Shown: one piece after another, positions 1 to 10,069 of the stretch
How the letters are laid out: each line of letters opens with the position of its first letter
Numbering within the stretch: the first letter of the stretch is position 1
Source: Prochlorococcus marinus subsp. pastoris str. CCMP1986
Lineage (GTDB): Bacteria; Cyanobacteriota; Cyanobacteriia; PCC-6307; Cyanobiaceae
Assembly (NCBI RefSeq): GCF_000011465.1
Contig: NC_005072.1
Location: 390,001 to 422,000 of the forward strand
Length of the DNA stretch: 32,000 bases
Direction: 5' to 3'
Position numbers and translations under genes: made by a program
Notes under the pieces: model-generated
What the model was told of the DNA's origin: nothing
The model's input: only the letters and a program-made list of their open reading frames with translations
Database searches by the model: none

Positions 1-561
1 AAGCGCGACCCATTCTCTATCACACTTTCCGTTGATTTTGCCTGTTAACTTAGGTTTGTCTAACTCTATATGAGGAGGAACATTAGCTAAACCAGGAAAT
101 TCAATATTACCTTCAACAAGTTTTTTACTCGCTTTGTTTTCTTTAATGCTAATTACATCTCCTGGTTTACATTGGTAACCTGCAATATCAAGAACTTTTC
201 CGTTAATGGTTACATGCCCATGATTTACTAATTGTCTTGAACCTGGTATTGTTCCACCAAAACCTAATCTAAAACAAACATTATCTAATCTGTTTTCTAA
301 AAGTCTAAGGAGATTGGTTCCTGTAGAGCCTTCTTGAGCCCTAGCTTTTTTAACGTAACGAACTAGTTGCCTTTCAGAAACTCCATAGTTGAATCTAAGT
401 TTCTGCTTTTCTTCTAGACGAATTGCGTATTCTGATCGCTTGCGACGGGCTTGACCGTGCTGACCTGGAGGATTAGACTTCTTTGAAGCTTTCCTAGTGA
501 GACCTGGTAGTTCTCCCAAGCGACGCGTAACCCTTAATCTTGGGCCGCGGTATCTTGACAT
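1..561 (-). CDS. rpsD: 30S ribosomal protein S4, 3' end truncated by window edge
   Basis: Reverse strand from ATG at 559-561 reads [70 protein letters not shown]..., characteristic of S4. Absent from ORF track because it runs off the window. Confidence 0.97.
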   Translation of the reverse strand, partial: MSRYRGPRLRVTRRLGELPGLTRKASKKSNPPGQHGQARRKRSEYAIRLEEKQKLRFNYGVSERQLVRYVKKARAQEGSTGTNLLRLLENRLDNVCFRLGFGGTIPGSRQLVNHGHVTINGKVLDIAGYQCKPGDVISIKENKASKKLVEGNIEFPGLANVPPHIELDKPKLTGKINGKCDREWVAL

Positions 562-656
562 AAGTTTAAATTAAAATTGAGATTTGCAATAAATTGGATA
601 ATTGATTAAATTCAACTAAACTAAATACTACTGAACTGTTATTTTACATCATTAAA

Positions 657-893
657 GTGTTCAAAACTATTAATAAATCAATTACTTCTATACTTCTATT
701 TATGATTTCCTGTTATCAAAAGTGGTTTTCTCCTTTTTTTGGACCAAGATGTAGATTTATACCAAGCTGCAGCTCCTATGGATACGAGGCAATTACTAGA
801 CATGGACCTTGGAAGGGAGGGTGGTTAACTTTAAGAAGATTAAGTAGATGTCATCCTTTAACTCCCTGTGGATGTGACCCTGTGCCTGATTGA
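657..893 (+). CDS. yidD: Membrane protein insertion efficiency factor YidD
   Basis: GTG start; YQKWFSPFFGPRCRFIPSCSSYGYEAITRHGPWKGGWLTLRRLSRCHP is the typical YidD motif. Confidence 0.93.
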   Translation: MFKTINKSITSILLFMISCYQKWFSPFFGPRCRFIPSCSSYGYEAITRHGPWKGGWLTLRRLSRCHPLTPCGCDPVPD

Positions 894-897
894 ATGA

Positions 898-1200
898 ATG
901 AAAATATTTATTTTTGTTAGGCAGGGATGTTGCCTTTGTGATTCATTAAAAAACAAACTGGCAAAAATAAATCTTAATGAGTTATTCCCTAATCTAGAGG
1001 AGCTTAAAGAAATTGATATTGATAGGATCGATTTATATAAAGATAAATATAAAAAATATGATTATGAAGTACCTGTAATTGCTGTTGAAGGAAATAGGTA
1101 TGAGGAAATTATAGAATTACCTCGTATTTCTCCAAGATTAAAAGATGATCAATTAAAGAATTGGTTTCAAAAAAATATTAATACCATTCTGAAGAAATAA
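898..1200 (+). CDS. Glutaredoxin/thioredoxin-like family protein (DUF836-like)
   Basis: N-terminal FVRQGCCLCDSLKNKL with CxxC-like motif; VPVIAVEG segment as in thioredoxin-fold proteins; ~100 aa. Confidence 0.7.
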   Translation: MKIFIFVRQGCCLCDSLKNKLAKINLNELFPNLEELKEIDIDRIDLYKDKYKKYDYEVPVIAVEGNRYEEIIELPRISPRLKDDQLKNWFQKNINTILKK

Positions 1201-1210
1201 TTTTTGTTAT

Positions 1211-2746
1211 ATGAGATCTATAAAATTACATAGACTTTTAGATTTGGTAGGAATTATCCCCTCATTAGATCTAATTGATAAAGAAATCAATAATATTTCT
1301 TTTAACTCTAAAGAAGTACAAAAAGGAACTTTATTTTTAGGTATGCCTGGTTTAAATGTTGATGGAGGAAAATATTGTATTGAGGCAATTGAAAATGGTG
1401 CAGAGGCTGCCATTATTGGATCTGCTGCAAAACAGAAAATTGGATCTATTGATCGAGAAAGGATTTTGGTTATAGAGGATAATTTAGATTATATTTTTGG
1501 TCAAATAGTCTCTGAGTTTTGGAATAGGCCTTCAAGAAAACTAAAACTTATTGGTGTTACGGGTACAAATGGAAAAACGACAATTACTTTTTTACTGGAA
1601 TATCTTTTAAAAAAATTAGGAAAAAAGACTGCATTATTTGGGACCTTATTTAATAGATGGCCTGGCTTCTCTGAAGTGGCTTCTCATACAACTGATTTCG
1701 CTGATAAACTTCAAAAAAAATTAAATGCTGCTGTTGATGCAGAATCTGAATTCGCGATATTAGAAGTAAGTTCTCATTCTATTGCTCAAAACAGGATATC
1801 TGGCTGCGAATTTGAAGCGGCTATTTTTACTAATTTAACTCAAGATCATCTTGATTATCACTCAGATATGGAATCTTATTTTCAAACAAAAAGAAAATTA
1901 TTTTTCCCACCTTATTTAAAAGATAAAGATGGAATTTCCGTATTAAATCATGATGACCTTTGGATATCTAAATTATCATCTGATCTTGAAAAGAGATCGT
2001 CATTAGTCTCTACAAAGATTACTAAGAGTGAATTTAAAAATGATGGTTTTTTTTACGTAACAGATAAACAATTTACTGAAAGTGGCTCCACCTGTATTTT
2101 TCATACACCTAAGGAAAAAATTAAACTTTTTGTTCCACTTGTGGGTGAATTTAATTTAATGAATGCGATTCAAGCAATAACAATTTTGTATAAACTTAAT
2201 TTCTCTTTAAAAGATTTATCAAAGTTAATACAATCTTTCCCTGGTGCTCCTGGGAGAATGGAGAAGATAGAAATTGATAATAATGACGTTTCAAGATCAC
2301 TTCCAATAGTAATTATTGATTATGCCCATACTCCTGATGGATTAAAAAAAGTTTTGCAATCAATTAAAAAACTTTGTAAAGGGAAACTCATTACTGTTTT
2401 TGGCTGTGGAGGAGATCGAGATCGTAGTAAAAGGCCTTTAATGGGATCAATAGCTGAAGAGTTTTCTGATCATGTATTTATAACTTCAGATAATCCAAGA
2501 TCAGAGGAACCGCAACAGATAGTAAATGATATTTTAATGGGTATAGAAAAAAGAGAAAAAATAACATTTGATATTGATAGATTTAAAGCAATAAATGAAT
2601 CTATCAAATTTGCTAATAAAGAAGATATTGTTTTAATAGCTGGAAAAGGACATGAAGACTATCAAATTCTCAATGATAAAGTGATTAATTTTGATGATAG
2701 AAAAATAGCTCAAAAATTATTACAAGAAAAAAGTAAATCTAAATAA
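1211..2746 (+). CDS. murE: UDP-N-acetylmuramoyl-tripeptide synthetase (MurE)
   Basis: GVTGTNGKTTITFLLEYLL P-loop, TNLTQDHLDYHSDMESYFQTKRKLF, YAHTPDGL, FGCGGDRDRSKRPLMG, TSDNPRSEEPQQIVNDI. Confidence 0.95.
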   Translation: MRSIKLHRLLDLVGIIPSLDLIDKEINNISFNSKEVQKGTLFLGMPGLNVDGGKYCIEAIENGAEAAIIGSAAKQKIGSIDRERILVIEDNLDYIFGQIVSEFWNRPSRKLKLIGVTGTNGKTTITFLLEYLLKKLGKKTALFGTLFNRWPGFSEVASHTTDFADKLQKKLNAAVDAESEFAILEVSSHSIAQNRISGCEFEAAIFTNLTQDHLDYHSDMESYFQTKRKLFFPPYLKDKDGISVLNHDDLWISKLSSDLEKRSSLVSTKITKSEFKNDGFFYVTDKQFTESGSTCIFHTPKEKIKLFVPLVGEFNLMNAIQAITILYKLNFSLKDLSKLIQSFPGAPGRMEKIEIDNNDVSRSLPIVIIDYAHTPDGLKKVLQSIKKLCKGKLITVFGCGGDRDRSKRPLMGSIAEEFSDHVFITSDNPRSEEPQQIVNDILMGIEKREKITFDIDRFKAINESIKFANKEDIVLIAGKGHEDYQILNDKVINFDDRKIAQKLLQEKSKSK

Positions 2747-2827
2747 AATTTGCTAACTAAATCAGAAAGATCTTTACACAAATCTCAAGAAAAGTGTCTT
2801 AAGATAGATTAAGTAATTTTTAATAAG

Positions 2828-3532
2828 ATGAAGGGGTTAGCCTTAATCGTAGGCGCAGGTGGAATTGGAACGCAAATAGCTAAAGATTTGAATGAAAGTG
2901 AAAAAGAATTAGATGTTGTTTTGTGTGGAAGAAAAAGTCAATTTAATTCTTTTTGGGAATTAGACATAGAGGATTCTCAATCACTTTTGCAGTTTAAAAG
3001 TAAAATTTCGAATCATTCTTCAAAATTAAGATTGGTAGTTAATGCTACTGGAAAACTTCATAGTGAAAATCTTAAGCCAGAAAAAAGATTACAACATCTT
3101 GATAAAAAAAATATGATGGAAAGTTTTTCAATAAATGCCTTTTCTCCTATTTTATTAGCTAAAGCTATTGAAGAATTTATACCAAAAGATTGTGAGTTTA
3201 ATTTTGCAAGTATAAGTGCAAGAGTAGGAAGCATTGGAGATAATCAAACTGGAGGTTGGTATTCATATAGAGCTGCAAAATCTGCGCAAAATCAGTTTTT
3301 TAAATCTTTAAGTATTGAGTGGGCTAGACGTTTTCCAAAAGCTACAATTACATTGCTTCATCCAGGTACAGTAGATACTGATTTATCTAGACCTTTTCAT
3401 AAATTTGTTCCAGAACATAAATTATTTAGTACAGAAAAATCATCCCAATTCTTGATCAGTATTATTAAAAATCAATCACCAGCATCTACCGGAAAATTTA
3501 TTGCATGGGATAGCTCAGAAATTCCCTGGTAA
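2828..3532 (+). CDS. Short-chain dehydrogenase/reductase family protein
   Basis: N-terminal GAGGIGTQIAKDL Rossmann motif, SARVGSIGDNQTGGWYSYRAAKSAQNQF (YxxxK), LHPGTVDTDLSRPF. Confidence 0.85.
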   Translation: MKGLALIVGAGGIGTQIAKDLNESEKELDVVLCGRKSQFNSFWELDIEDSQSLLQFKSKISNHSSKLRLVVNATGKLHSENLKPEKRLQHLDKKNMMESFSINAFSPILLAKAIEEFIPKDCEFNFASISARVGSIGDNQTGGWYSYRAAKSAQNQFFKSLSIEWARRFPKATITLLHPGTVDTDLSRPFHKFVPEHKLFSTEKSSQFLISIIKNQSPASTGKFIAWDSSEIPW

Positions 3533-4696
3533 TTTTTTTATTTCTTCAGAAAGTAAATCAATTTCATCGTTTGTTGTCATCTGATGTACGCATGCTCTAA
3601 ACCATTTTGGGTCTTCTAAAACTCTAATCCAAATTTTCTTTTCTCCAAGTTTCTTCACAAATTTGTACTTATCTTCAATATTTTCGATATTAAAACTAAC
3701 TATCCCATTTAAGTATTTTTTTTCTAAAACTAATTCAATTTCTTTAAATTGACTTAAACTATCCCAAAGTTTCCCACTTAATCTTTTGATATGTTTGCTT
3801 TTTTCTTTTTCAGTACAGTCTTTATCCAAAAGATCTAAAGAATTCCGAAGACCTGCAAGTAAAGGAATACAAGAGGTAGCTACTTCAAACTTTCTTGCAT
3901 CTTCATGAAAAAGATTATCTGAAGGTTCATAAATTCCTTGTTCTTTTTTTAATGATTTCCAACCAATTATTGTTGGATCTGTTTCATGAATAAATCTATC
4001 TGAGACATAAATAGCTCCAAGTCCTTCAGGACCACATGCCCATTTATGAGAAGTTATGGAATATAGATCAGAATAAAAAACTTCATCTTCAATTTTTATA
4101 TGACCAAAGGTTTGAGCACCATCAACAAGTAGATAAGAATTTTCTCGATTATTTTTTAATTCGATAGAAATTTGTTTTAAAGGAATTTTATATCCAAAGT
4201 TCCACAAAATATGAGAAATAATTAGGATCTTAGTCTTACTATTTAGATTTTTTGAAATCTCTAAAATTATATTTTCATCGTTTAGATTTTTAATTTTTTG
4301 GATTGGTAAAATTTTGAATATTAATTTATTTCTCCTACAAAATTCTCTACTTGCAGCTACTACACCAGGATGTTCACAGTCACTTATTAACAATTCTTCT
4401 CCCCCTTCTACTTTTATACCCCAAAAAGGCAAAATCATTCCAGAAGAGATATTCTCAGTTAAAGCTACATTTTTTGAATTAACACCTAATTTTTGCGCAA
4501 TAATTTTTTTTGTGGTCAATATTTCTTTATAAATAAAAGGCCACATATCATTTGTAAATGGTCCTAAATCTTGAATGATTTCCCAAGTTTTGACTATTGC
4601 TTCTAGAGAAGATTTTGGTAATGGTCCTTGACCTCCATAATTGAAGTAATATTTATTTTTTAATGCGGGTATTTGATCTCTTAAATTAATTATCAT
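3515..4696 (-). CDS. Aminotransferase class V / cysteine desulfurase-like PLP enzyme
   Basis: YFNYGGQGPLP N-terminus, NISSGMILPFWG, DCEHPG, LLVDGAQTFGHI, ITSHKWACGPEGLGAIYV (PLP lysine context). Confidence 0.85.
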   Translation of the reverse strand: MIINLRDQIPALKNKYYFNYGGQGPLPKSSLEAIVKTWEIIQDLGPFTNDMWPFIYKEILTTKKIIAQKLGVNSKNVALTENISSGMILPFWGIKVEGGEELLISDCEHPGVVAASREFCRRNKLIFKILPIQKIKNLNDENIILEISKNLNSKTKILIISHILWNFGYKIPLKQISIELKNNRENSYLLVDGAQTFGHIKIEDEVFYSDLYSITSHKWACGPEGLGAIYVSDRFIHETDPTIIGWKSLKKEQGIYEPSDNLFHEDARKFEVATSCIPLLAGLRNSLDLLDKDCTEKEKSKHIKRLSGKLWDSLSQFKEIELVLEKKYLNGIVSFNIENIEDKYKFVKKLGEKKIWIRVLEDPKWFRACVHQMTTNDEIDLLSEEIKKLPGNF

Positions 4697-4728
4697 TCAA
4701 ATTTTAAAATTAAATTTCTTGAGAAGGA

Positions 4729-5523
4729 CTAAATATTCCCTACTAAAGTAACTGTTCTAAATTCAATATCTTCAATAACTTTCCAAGGTTCATTACTTCT
4801 CTCCGCGAATTCTAAGTTTTTAAAACCTAGATCTTTAAAATCATTTAGTAATTCTGGCTCATACCACGCTCCACTAATACATCCTGTCCATAGATCATGA
4901 TCATTTTGCAACCTTAAAGGAACTCTTTTACTTGAGACAATATCGCTTATGGCTATTCTTCCATTATCTTTAAGAACTCTTTTTATATTTCTTAAAAGAT
5001 TTTTTCTAGATTCAGGATTTACTAAATTTAAAACACAATTACTTAAAATGATATCAACTGATTTGTTTGCGATTAATGGATTTAAATCTTTATCTAATAC
5101 ATCGAGATTTTCAATTGATCCACTAAGAAATTCTGTGTTGATGAAACCTATCTTTTCTGAAAACTTTTTGGAAGCATATCTTGATAATTTAAGCATATCA
5201 GGATTTTGATCAACCCCAATTACTTTCCCCTCTTCCCCAACAATTTGAGAGCAAATAAATGCATTTTTGCCACTCCCACTGCCAAGATCTAAAACAATAT
5301 CATTCTTCTTTACATATTTTGTTGGATTACCACATCCATAATCTCTCTCAATAACTTCTTCAGGAATTGCTTCAAGTAAAACAGGATTAAAACCAACAGG
5401 TGTGCAAAGACAACTCTCTTTTTCTAATGCAGCAGAACCATACCTTTCTTGAATAGCATCTTTATGATCAAGACCTTTCAAATTTTTATTTGACTCATCA
5501 GTATTGCAGCAATCGTTAGACAT
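4729..5523 (-). CDS. SAM-dependent methyltransferase, arsenite methyltransferase (ArsM)-like
   Basis: DYGCGNPTKYVKKNDIVLDLGSGSGKNAFICSQIVGEEGKVIGVDQ; SNCVLNLV; WTGCISGAWYEPE resemble ArsM including Cys positions. Substrate not provable from sequence. Confidence 0.7.
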   Translation of the reverse strand: MSNDCCNTDESNKNLKGLDHKDAIQERYGSAALEKESCLCTPVGFNPVLLEAIPEEVIERDYGCGNPTKYVKKNDIVLDLGSGSGKNAFICSQIVGEEGKVIGVDQNPDMLKLSRYASKKFSEKIGFINTEFLSGSIENLDVLDKDLNPLIANKSVDIILSNCVLNLVNPESRKNLLRNIKRVLKDNGRIAISDIVSSKRVPLRLQNDHDLWTGCISGAWYEPELLNDFKDLGFKNLEFAERSNEPWKVIEDIEFRTVTLVGNI

Positions 5524-5557
5524 TGAAATTATTCTGATTCTTAATTAATATAGCCAA

Positions 5558-5590
5558 AAAAAAACCCCTACTTAGGGGTTTTTTCTTTTT
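5558..5590 (-). terminator. Rho-independent terminator for the DUF4278 gene
   Basis: Reverse strand AAAACCCCTAAGTAGGGGTTTTTTTTTGGC: GC-rich stem with long U-tract, just downstream of stop at 5600. Confidence 0.8.
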
Positions 5591-5599
5591 TGAATTAAA

Positions 5600-5773
5600 T
5601 TATTTAGTGTATTTAGCACCTCTGTAATTTAATTCTGCCTTTTCATTACTTGAAGAAGCGTCATCCATTCTATTGGTGTATACGTTTCTTCGGTAGGTAA
5701 GTTCAACAGGTTGCTTTTTAGCAGCCTTTTTGTTTTGAACGTAGTTTTTACCTCTGTAAGTTAAAGTAGTCAT
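5600..5773 (-). CDS. Small DUF4278-type protein, PirA-like (TYRG repeat)
   Basis: MTTLTYRGKNYVQNKKAAKKQPVELTYRRNVYTNRMDDASSSNEKAELNYRGAKYTK with repeated [LT]xYRG..Y motif. ORF track start at 5797 lies at the edge of the structured leader; internal ATG at 5773 is preferred (57 aa). Confidence 0.75.
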   Translation of the reverse strand: MTTLTYRGKNYVQNKKAAKKQPVELTYRRNVYTNRMDDASSSNEKAELNYRGAKYTK

Positions 5774-5848
5774 GTTTCGATGTGACAAAACGGCCATCCC
5801 CCGTTCCCTGGTATGACTCGAACTGCGCCTTCTAAAGAAGGTGAACGA
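5774..5848 (-). promoter_or_regulatory. Structured 5' leader, putative glutamine riboswitch (type 2 / downstream-peptide-like)
   Basis: Reverse strand TTCGTTCACCTTCTTTAGAAGGCGCAGTTCGAGTCATACCAGGGAACGGGGGATGG: closing stem CGTTC (5847-5843) with GAACG (5806-5802), internal hairpin CCTTC-TTTA-GAAGG, upstream of a short peptide gene. Confidence 0.6.
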
Positions 5849-5851
5849 AAT

Positions 5852-5865
5852 GTAGCAATAGCTAC
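5852..5865 (-). promoter_or_regulatory. NtcA-type binding site GTA-N8-TAC
   Basis: Reverse strand GTAGCTATTGCTAC exactly matches GTA-N8-TAC and sits at the predicted transcription start. Confidence 0.65.
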
Positions 5866-5871
5866 TTTTTA

Positions 5872-5901
5872 ATTATAGACGTATTTTTGTATTGCTGTCC
5901 A
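5872..5901 (-). promoter_or_regulatory. Sigma70-type promoter for the DUF4278 gene
   Basis: Reverse strand TGGACA (5901-5896), 18-nt spacer, perfect TATAAT (5877-5872). Confidence 0.65.
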
Positions 5902-6029
5902 GATATTACGGATAGAAATAATTTTTTAATTTTTTTTTAATTATTATCTTAAGTAAATTTTGGTGTGATTTATATCTAAAAGGGATTAGGTTTATATTTA
6001 ATTTCCTCTTTACTAATTAATTTAAATTT

Positions 6030-6290
6030 ATGACAGGGTTTTTATATTTTTTGGGAAATACTTTGAGATGGCCCGCTTTAAAACCAAAAGAATTTTTTTC
6101 TTTACATGCATACTTTACTATTATTTATTTGATAACTTATACATTAAGTAAGAATGAAGTTAATCAGTCAAATTTAGTTTTTACATTAGGAATTCTAGCT
6201 CCTCTTTTAATAGCTATAGGTCAAGGTCTTCCTGTAAATTGCTTAGATTTTAAATCATCATTAACTAAGGAATTAAGCCAAGAGTCGTAA
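6030..6290 (+). CDS. Small conserved-looking membrane protein, unknown function
   Basis: 86 aa ORF with hydrophobic segments (HAYFTIIYLITYTLS; LVFTLGILAPLLIAIGQGLP). Confidence 0.6.
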   Translation: MTGFLYFLGNTLRWPALKPKEFFSLHAYFTIIYLITYTLSKNEVNQSNLVFTLGILAPLLIAIGQGLPVNCLDFKSSLTKELSQES

Positions 6291-6311
6291 AAAGATTTTT
6301 TAAAAAATAGC

Positions 6312-6557
6312 TTACAAAACTTGGACTACTTCACTTATTTCAGGAATCATTTCTTTTAGCTTTCTTTCTATTCCCATTTTTAATGTCATGGTACTGCTTG
6401 GGCAGCTTCCACATGCTCCTTGAAGTCTTACTTTAACAATGGGACCATCAATTTCTGCTATTTCTACATTACCTCCATCTGATATTAAGAAAGGTCTTAG
6501 TTCATCTAAAACCGTTTCTACATTTTCATTTGTAAGTGGTAATGTTTCAGTACTCAT
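6312..6557 (-). CDS. NifU-like C-terminal domain (Nfu) iron-sulfur scaffold protein
   Basis: [52 protein letters not shown] with CxxC motif. Confidence 0.92.
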   Translation of the reverse strand: MSTETLPLTNENVETVLDELRPFLISDGGNVEIAEIDGPIVKVRLQGACGSCPSSTMTLKMGIERKLKEMIPEISEVVQVL

Positions 6558-6628
6558 AATTTTGAATTAACTTTATAATAAGCGTAGAAAGAAATGCGAT
6601 TAATTGCAAAAAAAAATAATTTTCTGTT

Positions 6629-8122
6629 GTGACTTCTAAAAACATCTTAAATAAAAATAATTGTTATGATGCGATATTGGTAGGGGCAGGAATAATGAGC
6701 GGAACACTTGCGTTATTGATTACAGAGATTTTACCTACAATAAAAATATTAATTATAGAAAAGTTAAATAAACCAGGTAGTGAAAGTACGGGTGCATTTA
6801 ACAATGCAGGAACTGGTCACGCTGCAAATTGCGAATTAAATTACACCCCCGTAGATGAAAATGGAGATTTACAAATAGATAAAGCCCTTTTTATAAATCG
6901 TTCCTTTGAAAATTCAATGTCTTTATGGGCCTCATTGTACTCAAAGGGGAAGATAGATATTAAAAAATTTTTAAAATTTATTCCTCATATAAGCTTTGTC
7001 ACAGGGACTGAAAATATTTCTTTTTTAAAAAAAAGATTTAAAGCAATGTCTAAATATCCAGAGTTTGCAGACATGGAATTTTCATCATCTTTTAATCAAA
7101 TAAAATCATGGGCACCACTTATTACTACTTGTAGAGATCCATTAGATAAAGTTGCAGCTACTCGAATAAAAAGAGGAACTGATATCAATTTTCAAGCTTT
7201 AACAAGAGAATATCTAACTTACATTTCTAAGAATAAGAATGTTGAAATTTTTTATAACACAGAATTAATAGATTTAAAGAAAACAGACAAAAAACAATGG
7301 AAATTAAAAGTTCGTTCACTAGGCAAAATCGTTTCCCTGAACACTTCATACGTTTTCCTTGGAGCTGGTGGCAAAACAATAAACTTTTTGCAAAAATCTA
7401 AAATTCCTGAAGCTAAAATATATGGTGGTTTTCCTGTTAGTGGAAAATGGCTTATATGTGAGGAAAAGTCTTTAACGGAAAAACATAATGCAAAAGTTTA
7501 TGGGAAAGCAGATATAGGATCACCTCCAATGTCAGTGCCGCATTTAGATACAAGATGGATTGAAGGCAAAAAATTTCTTCTCTATGGCCCTTTTGCTGGT
7601 TTCACGACTAAATTCTTAAAAAAGGGCTCTTATTTAGATTTATTTAGTTCAATTAAAAAAAGTAATTTATTTTCTATGCTTGATGTTGGGATTAAGAATA
7701 ACGAATTAATTAATTATCTTTTTTCACAATCTTTTAAGAGTCATAATTCTAGAGTTGAAAATTTAAGGAATATGATGCCATCAGCTGAGCCTTCGAATTG
7801 GTATTTAGAGAATGCTGGGCAAAGAGTTCAAATAATCAAAAAAACTAAAGATGGAGGTTCTTTGCAATTTGGCACGGAAATTGTCAACTCGGGAGATGGT
7901 TCACTTTCTGCTTTATTAGGTGCTTCTCCTGGAGCTAGTACAGCAGTTTCAATAATGATTGAGGTTTTAAAAAAATCTTGCCTTTTTAATGCTGATAAAT
8001 TTGAGCTTGAGAAGAAATTAAGTAATCTTCTTTATGAATCTGAAATAAAAAATGAAAGTGATAATAATTTTTTAGAAATTATTAAAAAAAGAAATAATTC
8101 TATTTTAGGTTTCCATCCATAA
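6629..8122 (+). CDS. mqo: Malate:quinone oxidoreductase
   Basis: [85 protein letters not shown]. Confidence 0.93.
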   Translation: MTSKNILNKNNCYDAILVGAGIMSGTLALLITEILPTIKILIIEKLNKPGSESTGAFNNAGTGHAANCELNYTPVDENGDLQIDKALFINRSFENSMSLWASLYSKGKIDIKKFLKFIPHISFVTGTENISFLKKRFKAMSKYPEFADMEFSSSFNQIKSWAPLITTCRDPLDKVAATRIKRGTDINFQALTREYLTYISKNKNVEIFYNTELIDLKKTDKKQWKLKVRSLGKIVSLNTSYVFLGAGGKTINFLQKSKIPEAKIYGGFPVSGKWLICEEKSLTEKHNAKVYGKADIGSPPMSVPHLDTRWIEGKKFLLYGPFAGFTTKFLKKGSYLDLFSSIKKSNLFSMLDVGIKNNELINYLFSQSFKSHNSRVENLRNMMPSAEPSNWYLENAGQRVQIIKKTKDGGSLQFGTEIVNSGDGSLSALLGASPGASTAVSIMIEVLKKSCLFNADKFELEKKLSNLLYESEIKNESDNNFLEIIKKRNNSILGFHP

Positions 8123-8178
8123 TCTTAATTAGCTATTATGAATTAAGTGAAAAAAATATAGGAATCGTTCTTCAATAT

Positions 8179-9987
8179 ATGACTGATATATCTGTTTCAA
8201 AAATAAGAAATTTTTGCATAATAGCTCATATTGATCATGGTAAATCTACTCTCGCAGATAGGTTGCTTCAAGACACTGGTACTGTGAAGCAAAGAGATAT
8301 GCAAGATCAGTTTTTGGATAGTATGGATCTTGAAAGAGAAAGGGGTATAACAATCAAATTACAGGCTGCAAGAATGAAATATAAAGCAAAAGATTCGCAA
8401 GAATATATTTTAAATTTAATTGACACACCAGGACATGTTGATTTTTCTTATGAAGTAAGTAGATCTTTGCAGGCTTGTGAAGGTGCTTTATTAGTTGTTG
8501 ATGCAAGTCAAGGTGTAGAGGCTCAAACATTAGCCAATGTTTATCTTGCCCTTGAAAATAATTTAGAAATAATTCCTGTCTTAAATAAAGTTGATTTACC
8601 TGGTGCTGATGCTGAAAAAATAAAGCAAGAAATTGAAGAGATTATTGGATTAGACACATCTAATGCAATAAATTGTTCTGCTAAAACTGGAGAAGGAATA
8701 GAAGATATATTAGAAGCAGTTGTGAGTAGAATTCCTCATCCTCAAAATGAAGTTAAATCTCTTACTAAGGCGCTAATCTTTGACTCTTATTATGACCCCT
8801 ATAGAGGTGTAATTGTTTACTTCAGAGTGATAGCTGGGTCAATCAATAAAAAGGACAAGATCTTACTTATGGCAAGTAAGAAAAACTATGAGTTAGATGA
8901 AATTGGAATAATGGCTCCTGATGAGAAGCAAGTTAATGAACTACATGCGGGAGAAGTTGGTTATCTGGCTGCATCTATTAAGTCAGTCGCTGATGCAAGA
9001 GTGGGAGATACAATCACACTATTTAATTCTCCTGCAAAAGATCCTCTTCCTGGATATAAAACAGCCAATCCTATGGTGTTTTGTGGATTGTTTCCAACTG
9101 ATGCTGATCAATATCCAGATTTAAGAGAATCTTTAGAAAAACTGCAATTATCTGATGCGGCGCTTAAATACGAACCCGAGACAAGTAGTGCTATGGGATT
9201 CGGCTTTAGATGTGGATTTTTAGGACTTCTTCATATGGAAATTGTTCAGGAAAGATTGGAGAGGGAATATGATTTGGATTTGATAGTAACAGCGCCTTCA
9301 GTAATATATAAAGTTAATTTGAACGATCAGGAAGACATATTAATTGATAATCCTTCTACAATTCCAGATCCTCAATCAAGAGAATCAATAGAAGAACCTT
9401 ATGTAAAAATGGAAATTTATTCTCCCAATGAATTTAACGGGACACTAATGGGTTTATGCCAAGAAAGACGAGGTGTTTTTATTGATATGAAATATATCAC
9501 TACAGATAGAGTGACTTTGATTTACGAAATACCATTAGCAGAAGTCGTTACTGATTTTTTTGATCAAATGAAAAGTAGAACTCAAGGATATGCATCAATG
9601 GAATACCATTTAATTGGATATAGAAAAAATGATCTTGTTAGGTTAGATGTTCTTATAAATTCTGAAAGAGCTGATCCTTTAACTTCTATTGTTCATAAAG
9701 ATAAGGCCTATGGAATTGGTAGGGGCTTAGTAGAGAAATTAAAGGAGCTAATACCAAAACAACAATTTAAAATACCAATTCAGGCTTCAATAGGCAGCCG
9801 TATTATTGCAAGCGAAAGTATTAGCGCATTAAGAAAAGATGTCCTTTCTAAGTGCTACGGGGGAGATATCTCTAGAAAAAAGAAACTTTTGAAGAAGCAA
9901 GCTAAAGGGAAAAAGAGGATGAAGGCAATGGGTAAAGTTGATGTACCTCAAGAAGCTTTTATGGCAGTTCTGAAATTAAATCAGTAA
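8179..9987 (+). CDS. lepA: Elongation factor 4 (LepA)
   Basis: [39 protein letters not shown], ending [42 protein letters not shown]. Confidence 0.98.
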   Translation: MTDISVSKIRNFCIIAHIDHGKSTLADRLLQDTGTVKQRDMQDQFLDSMDLERERGITIKLQAARMKYKAKDSQEYILNLIDTPGHVDFSYEVSRSLQACEGALLVVDASQGVEAQTLANVYLALENNLEIIPVLNKVDLPGADAEKIKQEIEEIIGLDTSNAINCSAKTGEGIEDILEAVVSRIPHPQNEVKSLTKALIFDSYYDPYRGVIVYFRVIAGSINKKDKILLMASKKNYELDEIGIMAPDEKQVNELHAGEVGYLAASIKSVADARVGDTITLFNSPAKDPLPGYKTANPMVFCGLFPTDADQYPDLRESLEKLQLSDAALKYEPETSSAMGFGFRCGFLGLLHMEIVQERLEREYDLDLIVTAPSVIYKVNLNDQEDILIDNPSTIPDPQSRESIEEPYVKMEIYSPNEFNGTLMGLCQERRGVFIDMKYITTDRVTLIYEIPLAEVVTDFFDQMKSRTQGYASMEYHLIGYRKNDLVRLDVLINSERADPLTSIVHKDKAYGIGRGLVEKLKELIPKQQFKIPIQASIGSRIIASESISALRKDVLSKCYGGDISRKKKLLKKQAKGKKRMKAMGKVDVPQEAFMAVLKLNQ

Positions 9988-10069
9988 TTAATTTCAAATT
10001 AAAAACTAAAAGCTATTTAATCTATGAAACAATAGGTATATTTTAGTTGATTCGAATAATCATAAATTT

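Noticed and set aside
1207-1413. ORF antisense to murE, and similar track entries (4314..4532, 4949..5209, 8921..9124, 15185..15448, 15901..16095, 16337..16546, 16979..17182, 18448..18633, 19203..19613, 21085..21270, 21835..22020, 23243..23497, 26450..26710, 28459..28641, 29066..29329, 29948..30277, 30601..30870)
   Set aside because: Each lies within a well-supported gene on another frame or strand and has no family motif; treated as spurious.
5805-5830. tRNA T-arm-like GTTCGAGTC on the minus strand
   Set aside because: No acceptor, D or anticodon arms fit around it. It is better explained as part of the structured leader with the CGTTC/GAACG stem.
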